Shown: positions 1 to 6,863 of the stretch, one piece after another
Layout of the letters: each line of letters opens with the position of its first letter
Numbering within the stretch: the stretch's first letter is position 1
NCBI GenBank assembly: GCA_018901355.1
Contig: JAHIEZ010000038.1
Span: 1 to 29,023 of the forward strand
DNA from: Patescibacteria group bacterium
Lineage (GTDB): Bacteria > Patescibacteriota > Microgenomatia > UBA12405
DNA length: 29,023 bases
Reading direction: 5' to 3'
Translations under genes and position numbers: made by a program
The notes under the pieces: model-generated
The model's database searches: none
Told to the model about the DNA's origin: nothing
Seen by the model: the letters and a program-made list of their open reading frames with translations, nothing else

Positions 1-51
1 AAATTTTGTCGGTTCATCCGGTAGTTTTATTCCTTGCGCCAAAACTTTCAT
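1..51 (-). CDS. 5' end of a probable second pilin-like (TrbC/VirB2-type) gene; runs off the window
   Basis: ATG at 51-49 overlaps the TGA of the upstream pilin (TGATG). It reads MKVLAQGIKLPDEPTKF with no stop to the window edge; 'LAQ' resembles a processing motif. Only 17 codons are visible. Confidence 0.55.
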   Translation of the reverse strand, partial: MKVLAQGIKLPDEPTKF

Positions 52-449
52 CAATTTATACCTGGAATATGTAATATGTCTACTGTTATCAATCTTAGCA
101 AAAACACCGCAAACACCGACACCAACAGTCCCGTTACCGCCGAGCCGATTGTTTCTCTGGCCGCCTGCATCGCTTTCGGATCTCCCTTGGTCGTCGCCAT
201 CATGATAAATCCATAAATCATCAGCAAAAAGGCAATTCCTCCCGCCACTCCAAACAACCAGCTTAAGAGCCAAGCCACAAAATCATTGGCAGAAACCGGC
301 ACACAGCCCAAAGCCGTGTTTACTCGGGGATCACTCGAATCTGCTCCAAAACCGGGGCAAAATTCATTTGCCGCCCACACTTGATTTATCCTTCCGCTCA
401 AACCCATTACAAAAATTGCCCAAAACGCCGACAATCTACTTAATTTCAT
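51..449 (-). CDS. TrbC/VirB2-like pilin (CPR type)
   Basis: Signal peptide ending VWA, a Cys pair (CPG...LGC), two hydrophobic helices separated by 'GFIMMATTKGDPKAMQAARETIGSAVTGL', the typical CPR pilin pattern. Confidence 0.75.
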   Translation of the reverse strand: MKLSRLSAFWAIFVMGLSGRINQVWAANEFCPGFGADSSDPRVNTALGCVPVSANDFVAWLLSWLFGVAGGIAFLLMIYGFIMMATTKGDPKAMQAARETIGSAVTGLLVSVFAVFLLRLITVDILHIPGIN

Positions 450-480
450 GCCCTAGTATACCAAATGTTACTATTTACTA
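450..480. promoter_or_regulatory. Back-to-back extended -10 promoters for the pilin (-) and SpoIID (+) genes
   Basis: Minus strand: TGgTATACT (463-455), 5 nt before ATG449. Plus strand: TGtTACTAT (466-474), 6 nt before GTG481. Confidence 0.55.
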
Positions 481-2184
481 GTGACCAAAAAAGCCATTTT
501 TTTTATTATCTTTATTTTTCTTTCTTTTCTCCTTCCCCGCCTTGTTTTTGCTCTTAGTTTAGATGACGAAATTAGCCAAATTAGTAAGCAAATTGCCGAT
601 CTGGAATCTGCCATTGCTCCTCTAAAAAACGAATCCACTAGTTTAAAAACAAAAATTTCCTCTGCCAAGTCTCAAATTTACCAAACTCAAACCGCCATCA
701 CTGATATTGGTCAAAAACTGATAGACAAAGAAGCCGATTTAGAAATTCAAAAACTCCTCTTTTCCGAAAGAATCAAAAGATATTACAAAAATTCCAAGAA
801 ATTTTCTCCTCTCTTAGTCTTTTTTTCTCAGGATCAAAGCTCCGATCTTTTGCGTCAATATACCTGGTATCAGTCCATTATCAATCGCGACAAGGGTCAA
901 ATTATTCAGTTTGGTCAGGATATTAAATCTCTCAATCAAAACAAAGAAAAACTAAAAGTTTCCCAAGAAAAACTGGCTGTTCTCCAAAAAAGCTTAGAAG
1001 ATCGGTTTGGTTTTCTGGCTACCGAAATCAAAAAGGCCGAAGATTACAAAGCCGAGTTAACCCGAAAACAACAGGATTTAATCGCCGCCAAAACCGCCAT
1101 GTTCAACACTTCCGTTGGCGATGTCAGCTCCTCTCAAGACCCCGCTTCTCGGGCCGATTACAACCCCGGTTTTTCTCCCGCCTTTGCTCTTTTCTCCTTT
1201 GGTGCTCCTCACAGAAAGGGCATGAGCCAATTTGGTGCTTTTGGTCGGGCCAAACAGGGTCAAAACGCCGAAACTATTCTAAAAGCCTATTATGGTGATA
1301 TTAGGATAGAAACCATTGATACCGCCGGTTCTATCAATACTTCCGTCGGTACTCTGCCCTTTGAAGACAATTATCTTTTAGGCATTGCCGAAATGCCCAC
1401 CAAATGGGGAGAAGAAGGTGGCATGGAGGCTCTAAAGGCCCAAGCTATTGCCGCTCGGACCTACTCTTTAGCTTATACCAACAATCGTGCCGGTTCTATT
1501 TGTGTTACCGAAGCCTGTCAGGTTTACAGTTCTTCCAAGGCCGGTTCTCCCGGCATTTGGCGTGACGCTGTCACCGCCACTCGGGGTATGGTTGTCAAAT
1601 CAAGCCAAACCAACAATATTTTTTCCACCATGTATGCTTCCACTTCCGGTGGCGCTATCTATTCTTATACTTCCCTTGGTCACTCCACTCCCCAAATTTG
1701 GGATACCACCTGCAACACTCAGTCTTGCTGGCCCGGTGACGCCTACGAAAAAATTTCCGATTCTCCCTGGTATTACAAAGGTTGGTATCAGACCAGATCT
1801 TACCAGTCCTGCGGTCGTTCTCATCCTTGGCTCAATCAGGAAGAATTTTCCGACGTTTTAAATGCCATTCTCTATTATTCCCGGACCAACGATTATTCTC
1901 ATCTTTCCCAAATCGATTCCGGTGGTTGTTTTGGTGGTAACGACCCGGATGCTTGGTCCAAAGACGAGCTTCGTCGTCAGGTCGGTAGTCACGGTGGCCC
2001 CATCAGTTCCGTTAATTCTGTTAGCATTGATTATTCCACTTCCGGTATTACTCAAACCGTTAGAGTCAGTACCGACAAGGGTGATTTTTCCTTTTCCGGC
2101 GATGATTTTAAGACCGTCTTCAACCTTCGTGCCCCCGGCGCTATTGTTATCAAATCCTCTCTCTTCAACATCGAAAAGAAGTAG
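481..2184 (+). CDS. SpoIID/LytB-domain peptidoglycan lytic transglycosylase with signal peptide and N-terminal coiled coil
   Basis: Signal peptide; long heptad region (aa ~25-205); 'PHRKGMSQFGA', 'YLLGIAEMP..W...EALKAQAIAARTY', 'YASTSGG' and 'FKTVFNLRAP' are SpoIID-type motifs. GTG start. Confidence 0.85.
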   Translation: MTKKAIFFIIFIFLSFLLPRLVFALSLDDEISQISKQIADLESAIAPLKNESTSLKTKISSAKSQIYQTQTAITDIGQKLIDKEADLEIQKLLFSERIKRYYKNSKKFSPLLVFFSQDQSSDLLRQYTWYQSIINRDKGQIIQFGQDIKSLNQNKEKLKVSQEKLAVLQKSLEDRFGFLATEIKKAEDYKAELTRKQQDLIAAKTAMFNTSVGDVSSSQDPASRADYNPGFSPAFALFSFGAPHRKGMSQFGAFGRAKQGQNAETILKAYYGDIRIETIDTAGSINTSVGTLPFEDNYLLGIAEMPTKWGEEGGMEALKAQAIAARTYSLAYTNNRAGSICVTEACQVYSSSKAGSPGIWRDAVTATRGMVVKSSQTNNIFSTMYASTSGGAIYSYTSLGHSTPQIWDTTCNTQSCWPGDAYEKISDSPWYYKGWYQTRSYQSCGRSHPWLNQEEFSDVLNAILYYSRTNDYSHLSQIDSGGCFGGNDPDAWSKDELRRQVGSHGGPISSVNSVSIDYSTSGITQTVRVSTDKGDFSFSGDDFKTVFNLRAPGAIVIKSSLFNIEKK

Positions 2185-2200
2185 AATGCTAAAATAGATT

Positions 2201-2938
2201 ATGCCACGAGCTTCCAATTTAGACACTATCGCCCCCGATGATTTAATTGCCCCTCCTGCTTCCCCCAAGCCTAAGCCCAAAAAAAAGTCTAAACTCAAAA
2301 AAATTTCTCCAAAACCTATTTCCCAATCTAAAGACCTGCCTTACCGCCAAAAAGTTTACCAACTTATCAAAGACACCACCAAAACCTCCTTTTCTTCTTT
2401 TTTGGCTCGTCCCAAAGTTTTTACCTTTGATTCCCGCGAAGATGACGAGGAGATTATTTTAGTTTTACGCCGTCATTGGTTTACCAATCTATCCTGGATT
2501 ATTATCGCTCTTTTTATGTTTCTTACTCCGCTCGTTCTTTCTTTTTTCCCTTTTTTCAATCTTTTTCCTCAAACTTTTCACCTTATCATGTTTCTTTTTT
2601 TGTACTTGATTTCTTTTGCCATCGCTTTTGAAAATTTTTTGTCTTGGTATTTTAATGTTTTTATCATTACCGAAGAAAGGGTGATTGACATCGATTTTTA
2701 CAATTTAATCGACAAAAAGATGTCCGAAGCCAAAATTAGCATGATTCAGGATATTACCGTCAAAACCAACGGTGTTGCTCAAACCCTCTTCAATTTTGGC
2801 ACCATTCTGGTTCAGACCGCCGCCGAAGTTCCGGTTATTACTGTCGAAAAAGTTCCTTCTCCCAATATCGTTTTACAAGTTCTTCAACAAATGCGCTCCG
2901 AAGAAGAGCAGGAAGTTTTGGAGGGCAGACTCAAATGA
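2201..2938 (+). CDS. Membrane protein with bacterial PH (bPH_2-like) domain
   Basis: 'EEIILVLRRHW', two TM helices, 'WYFNVFIITEERVIDIDF', 'IQDIT...G..QTLFNFGTILVQTAAE'. Confidence 0.8.
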   Translation: MPRASNLDTIAPDDLIAPPASPKPKPKKKSKLKKISPKPISQSKDLPYRQKVYQLIKDTTKTSFSSFLARPKVFTFDSREDDEEIILVLRRHWFTNLSWIIIALFMFLTPLVLSFFPFFNLFPQTFHLIMFLFLYLISFAIAFENFLSWYFNVFIITEERVIDIDFYNLIDKKMSEAKISMIQDITVKTNGVAQTLFNFGTILVQTAAEVPVITVEKVPSPNIVLQVLQQMRSEEEQEVLEGRLK

Positions 2939-3159
2939 ACCAAGAAGTTTCTTTTTTTCTATCTTTATCTCAAAGTATTTTTGCTTTTCTTGGCTCTCTT
3001 ATCTATTCTATTTTTGCCTTAGTTATCGTTAAACAAGTCAAGTCTATGTCCAAAAATGTTTATGACAAATTCAACCGAATCCTGATTATTTTTTCCTATC
3101 TCCATTTTGTTTTCTCTCTCGTCTTCCTTTTTTCCGCTTTCTTGCTTTTGATAACATAA
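2935..3159 (+). CDS. Small two-helix membrane protein
   Basis: 74 aa, two hydrophobic segments, ATGA overlap with the upstream gene, 4 nt before the next gene. Confidence 0.75.
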   Translation: MNQEVSFFLSLSQSIFAFLGSLIYSIFALVIVKQVKSMSKNVYDKFNRILIIFSYLHFVFSLVFLFSAFLLLIT

Positions 3160-3163
3160 ATAA

Positions 3164-5023
3164 ATGCACTTCACCTGCCGCTCTTTTATTGGAAAACCCG
3201 AGCCGGGTCATTGGTCCCAATATTGGGAAAACGAACCCGACGACCCCTTTATTGTCGGCCGTCGTGGCCACCTTTTTGGTCTTCTTAGCCTCAAATTTGA
3301 CGATGACTCTCAATCTGCCAGTGATTTTGGTCACCAAATTATCAGAGAAATTAGTCAATCCTATTTTTCTTCTTCAGAACTTGGTCCGGCCGATCAGCTT
3401 CATGAGGCTATAAATTCGGTTACCGCCAACCTTGATCCCCAAGTTTCCTTTTTGAGTATTATCACCGCTGTTGTTTATCAGCAAACACTTTATTTATTTA
3501 TTTATGGTCAAGGCCACGTCATTCTTCGTCGTCTCAATCAAATTGCTCCTCTCCTAACCGGCAAAGACAACCAATCGGTTTCTCTTTCCGGTCCTCTCCG
3601 GGCGGAAGATGATGTTTTCTTTTGTACCTCGGCTTATTTTGATCAAACAAGCTGGAAAAAAATAAAAGAAATTTTATCCTTTCCTTCCATTAAAGAGATA
3701 GAAGAATCTGCCCTTTCTTCTCTCTATTCGTTGCCTGATCAAATTGCAGTTTCCGCCGCTCTTGTTCAACCTCATTTTGATACTCCTCCGGAAGAACCGG
3801 AAGCACCGCCTCCCATTGCCACTCCTCCGCCTGTTGAAGACTCCTCTCCTCCCCGTCCTTCTTTTTCTCTGCCTTCTTTTTTCAAAAAAGCTTTAAGCAA
3901 AAAACCGGAACTTTACGTTTCCCATCATCAAGTCGGACAATTAAACAAACGCAAAAAACTCAATATTGCCATTGCACTTGTTTTACTTTTGGCGCTGGCT
4001 TTTAGTTCTTATTTTGGTTTTCGCAAAACCGAAGCCGCCAAAGCGGAAGCCAAATTTAGTCAACTATCTCAAAAAATCACCGACTCTCTCAAAAATGCCC
4101 GTGATGTTAAAAACATAAATCTGGAAAGCTCCGTCGAATTTGCCGCTCAAGCAGACTCTCTCTATCAGGAAATTGCTCTTCTCAATCTTCATCAGGAGCA
4201 ATTAGATTCTTTTCACCAGCAAATTCAGGATATTTTAGCCCAAACCGGTTCATCCCAAGGCCTAAGTCTTGATTTTTTTTACGACACCTCTTCTATTAGT
4301 TCTAAGCCCAAATACAGTCAAATGATTTTTTCCGACGATAGTCTCTATCTTTTAGATTCTTCCATTGGTCGGGTTGATTCTCTTGGTTTGGAAAATAAAA
4401 ACACCAAAAATATTTCCATCAGTGACGATATCAAAAACGCCCTCACTCTCGTCAAATCAGACAACAATTATTATATTCTTACCGCCACCGACGTCTCTCT
4501 TTTGGCTAAAACCAAAACCGAAGCAAAAATTAAATTTTCCGACATTGGTTCAAACATCAAACCTCTGGATCTTCAGTCTTGGAATAGCGCTCTTTACTTG
4601 CTTACCGACAGTTCTATTTATAAATACACCCTTTCCGGTTCTTCTTTCTCTTCTCCTTCAGCTTGGCTTCAAGACGAAACTGTTTTGCCTCAAAACCCCA
4701 GTTCTTTTGCTATCAATGGCAAAATTTGGCTTCTCTCTGCCACTGGTAAGCTCCAGCCTTATATCCGTGGTCTGGCCGATAATTACCAACTTTCTCAAAC
4801 ACAAGATATTAGCCAGGCCAAAAATCTTCTCACCGGCCTTGACGACCAACGTCTTTTCTTTACCGCTTCCGACAATTTAGTCTATGTTTACGACAAAGAC
4901 GGTCAATTTATTTCCAAATACAATTTAGGTGACCAAAAAATTCAAGACATTGCTTTTGATGAAAAAGCTTCTGTTCTTTATCTTCTTTGTCAGGACCAAA
5001 AAATTTACTATCTTTCCTTATAG
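3164..5023 (+). CDS. Single-pass membrane protein: degenerate PP2C-like N-domain, Pro-rich linker, TM, helical stalk, beta-propeller-like C-domain
   Basis: The N-domain follows the PP2C strand order ('GHLFGLLSL', 'LYLFIYGQGHVILRR', 'LRAEDDVFFCTS'). TM 'LNIAIALVLLLALAFSSYFGF'. The C-terminus has repeated short beta-blades ('LYLLDSS', 'YYILT', 'LYLLTDS', 'IWLLS', 'VYVYDKDG'). Confidence 0.75.
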   Translation: MHFTCRSFIGKPEPGHWSQYWENEPDDPFIVGRRGHLFGLLSLKFDDDSQSASDFGHQIIREISQSYFSSSELGPADQLHEAINSVTANLDPQVSFLSIITAVVYQQTLYLFIYGQGHVILRRLNQIAPLLTGKDNQSVSLSGPLRAEDDVFFCTSAYFDQTSWKKIKEILSFPSIKEIEESALSSLYSLPDQIAVSAALVQPHFDTPPEEPEAPPPIATPPPVEDSSPPRPSFSLPSFFKKALSKKPELYVSHHQVGQLNKRKKLNIAIALVLLLALAFSSYFGFRKTEAAKAEAKFSQLSQKITDSLKNARDVKNINLESSVEFAAQADSLYQEIALLNLHQEQLDSFHQQIQDILAQTGSSQGLSLDFFYDTSSISSKPKYSQMIFSDDSLYLLDSSIGRVDSLGLENKNTKNISISDDIKNALTLVKSDNNYYILTATDVSLLAKTKTEAKIKFSDIGSNIKPLDLQSWNSALYLLTDSSIYKYTLSGSSFSSPSAWLQDETVLPQNPSSFAINGKIWLLSATGKLQPYIRGLADNYQLSQTQDISQAKNLLTGLDDQRLFFTASDNLVYVYDKDGQFISKYNLGDQKIQDIAFDEKASVLYLLCQDQKIYYLSL

Positions 5024-5037
5024 GATATAATTGCCTC

Positions 5038-5448
5038 ATGAGGCATTTCAATCGTCAATCCCGTGACTATAAATTTATCGAAAAAGTCGAAGCCGGACTT
5101 GTTCTGACTGGTTCTGATGCCAAATCGCTTCGTGTTCAGCCGGTTCAATTTCAATCCGCTCAAGTCGAAATTCAAAACGGTCAACCGGTCATTATCGGCC
5201 TCAATATCCCTCTTTACAAATATTCACAGGGCCAAACTATCGACACCACTCGTAGCCGTAATCTCTTACTTTCTTCTTCTCAAATAAAAAAACTCCAATC
5301 TTACCGCAAACAAAAATACATGCTTATTCCGGTTACCATCTATTCTCAGGGAGTTTGGTTTAAGCTGGAAATCGGCATCGGCCGCAAACTAAAAAAATAC
5401 GAAAAAAGAGAAATACTAAAAAAAAGAGAATTTAGAAAATCATTCTAA
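5038..5448 (+). CDS. smpB: SsrA-binding protein (short form, 136 aa)
   Basis: 'RDY..IEKVEAGLVLTGSDAKSLR', 'RSRNLLL', 'LIPVTIY', 'FKLEIGIGRKLKKYEKRE'; adjacent to the tmRNA gene. Start placed at ATG5038, not 4987, because TATAAT (5026-5031) lies 6 nt upstream. Confidence 0.9.
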   Translation: MRHFNRQSRDYKFIEKVEAGLVLTGSDAKSLRVQPVQFQSAQVEIQNGQPVIIGLNIPLYKYSQGQTIDTTRSRNLLLSSSQIKKLQSYRKQKYMLIPVTIYSQGVWFKLEIGIGRKLKKYEKREILKKREFRKSF

Positions 5449-5682
5449 AATTTTGTGTTTTTTCAAAAAAGCTCTTCCAGATCCTGATTTAAAATATTTT
5501 TCTAAATTAAAAGCAGAATACTTATTTCTTATTGAAATAACAGCGATCAAACTTACGGGTAATCTACTTTTTGTTGCCCCAACCAGTCCTTTTTTGTGTT
5601 TCTCAAACCTTTCTTTTAGGTTATTAGTACAACCAAGATAGGTTTTTTTATCCTTACAACTCAAAAAATAAACATGGTACAC
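5440..5682 (-). CDS. Small stand-alone GIY-YIG nuclease family protein
   Basis: 'YHVYFL...KTYLGCTNNLKERFEKHKKG...TKSRLPV.L...EKYFKSGSGRAFL'. Overlaps the smpB 3' end by 9 nt, convergently. Confidence 0.9.
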   Translation of the reverse strand: MYHVYFLSCKDKKTYLGCTNNLKERFEKHKKGLVGATKSRLPVSLIAVISIRNKYSAFNLEKYFKSGSGRAFLKKHKILE

Positions 5683-5708
5683 CTACCAATTTATCATATT
5701 TTGTGGAG

Positions 5709-5784
5709 GACTTTGTCTCGCCGTAGCCGAGACGACTAGCTGAAGCGAAGTCCGACTTCGCTAAAGCTACGTCGAGGCGAAGGA
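5709..5784. repeat. Nested GC-rich palindromic element at the tmRNA 3' end
   Basis: Hairpin GTCTCG(5715-20)/CGAGAC(5728-33); hairpin AGCGAAGT(5744-51)/ACTTCGCT(5755-62), extended by TAGC/GCTA and CGAC/GTCG. GCGAAG and GTAGC sub-units recur. Flanked by CTCC copies on the minus strand (5788-85 and 5708-05). Confidence 0.8.
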
Positions 5785-6217
5785 GGAGATGCCCCGCAAT
5801 GAACGGGGGTCCGAAATGGAATTTAAAAAACGTCTACAAGCTTATTTTGCTTATTTTTAATCCTCAAAATATAAACAAAAAAATTCTTTTGAGGCTCTGT
5901 TTGTTTTTCCCTCTCGGGAATCTTATTTATCGTTAAAAACAGAAATTAACGACACAGCATTCCAGTTTAAATTACACCCGACCAATCTCCTCTGGAATGG
6001 GGGACTGATCCGATGGCTAATTTAGCAAACAGCCAAGGCTGGAGTTTGATTTCCAAACAAGGACCGTTCAAGTTCACCGAATTTATCGGCAACTTTAGCT
6101 AAATTAACACCAAAAGTTTTAGCTTTGGCATTTTCTTTTTGAAATCTGTTTTACGACTGTTTTCAAAGTCGGCTTGCGGTTTTTCAAAGTTCTCTTCCGT
6201 CGATGCAATACATCTCC
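5784..6217 (-). ncRNA. ssrA: tmRNA (one-piece, about 434 nt)
   Basis: 5' GGAGATG-TA-TTGCA-TCGAC pairs with 3' GAC-CCCCG-TTCATTG-CGGGG-CATCTCC. Helix GCAAGC/GCTTGT; PK1-like CGAC/GTCG plus TTTGAAA/TTTCAAA; tag ORF 6129-6022; TATAAT promoter upstream; next to smpB. Confidence 0.9.
6022..6129 (-). other. tmRNA tag reading frame AKAKTFGVNLAKVADKFGELERSLFGNQTPALAVC*
   Basis: GCC resume codon just after the PK1-like structure, open for 35 codons to TAA (6024-6022), hydrophobic C-terminus. The resume codon is inferred from position. Confidence 0.75.
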
Positions 6218-6303
6218 GTATTTGTATTATACCAAAAATCTTCTAAAATATCCTATATTATTTTCTCAAAACCAACATTTATCAAGAAAGTCTTAATATA
6301 GAC

Positions 6304-6331
6304 TTGATTTTGACTATTTATGTGTTATTAT
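6304..6331 (+). promoter_or_regulatory. Sigma70-type promoter of the toxin-antitoxin operon (leaderless geometry)
   Basis: TTGATT(6304-09)-N16-TATTAT(6326-31) with TG at 6323-24; ATG 6 nt downstream. Confidence 0.55.
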
Positions 6332-6337
6332 TAGGCT

Positions 6338-6592
6338 ATGCAAACACAAAACACTCAACTTCGGGTAACCTTACCGGTTCAACTTCAGGCTTATTTACAG
6401 ACCAAAGCCAGTAAATTTGGCCTAAGCCTATCCGCTTATGTCAAAAACTTAATTATCAATGACGTTCAAGACGTTGACTATCCTATTTTTCAAGCCTCCG
6501 ACGGGGTAGAAAAATCTTATAAAAAAGCCATCAAAGACAGATCTAAAGCTGTCGAAGTCAACGACATTGACCAATATTTTAGTAACCTGTGA
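6338..6592 (+). CDS. Type II antitoxin, ribbon-helix-helix (RelB-like)
   Basis: Beta strand 'QLRVTLP', two helices 'LQAYLQTKASKFGLSLSAYVKNLI', acidic C-terminus 'EVNDIDQYFSNL'; GTGA overlap with the toxin gene. Confidence 0.75.
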   Translation: MQTQNTQLRVTLPVQLQAYLQTKASKFGLSLSAYVKNLIINDVQDVDYPIFQASDGVEKSYKKAIKDRSKAVEVNDIDQYFSNL

Positions 6593-6858
6593 AAAAGATT
6601 ACCTTAAGTCCTTTGTTCCGGAAACAACTAAAACAGTTACGACAAAAAGATATTAAGTTATTTGGAAAAATTCAAAAACAGCTTGTTTCATTTCAGTCTA
6701 ACCCTCGGCACCCTTCCCTACGTTTACACAAATTAAAAGGCGAATTGCAGGACGTTTGGAGTTTGTCGGTTACCATGAATTTCCGATTGCTTTTTATAGA
6801 AGATACGGAGTACTATTTTTTTGATATGGGTAACCACGATCAAATATATAAAAAATAA
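6589..6858 (+). CDS. Type II toxin, RelE/YafQ-family mRNA interferase
   Basis: 'FRKQLK', 'HPSLRLHKLKGEL.DVWSLSV..NFRLLF', 'DMGNHDQIY'. GTG start. Confidence 0.85.
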   Translation: MKKITLSPLFRKQLKQLRQKDIKLFGKIQKQLVSFQSNPRHPSLRLHKLKGELQDVWSLSVTMNFRLLFIEDTEYYFFDMGNHDQIYKK

Positions 6859-6863
6859 ATTTG

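Noticed and set aside
1078-2462. Long alternative ORFs (1487..1861, 1600..1824, 1858..2298, 1862..2197, and similar ones elsewhere such as 4365..4880 and 15493..15957)
   Set aside because: They lie inside or antisense to well-supported genes and have no recognisable motifs; they are expected shadows of biased codon use.
4987-5037. Longer N-termini for smpB (4987) and trpS (20450) as given in the ORF track
   Set aside because: The smpB extension overlaps the upstream gene, and in both cases a -10 box sits 5-6 nt before the downstream ATG.
5709-5784. Palindrome as a group I intron in tmRNA
   Set aside because: Only 76 nt, no group I core helices visible, and it lies at the acceptor end rather than in a loop.
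51-6592. UGA recoding (genetic code 25), as in some CPR lineages
   Set aside because: TGA ends several genes at natural positions (51, 2938, 6592), and no conserved gene is interrupted by TGA.
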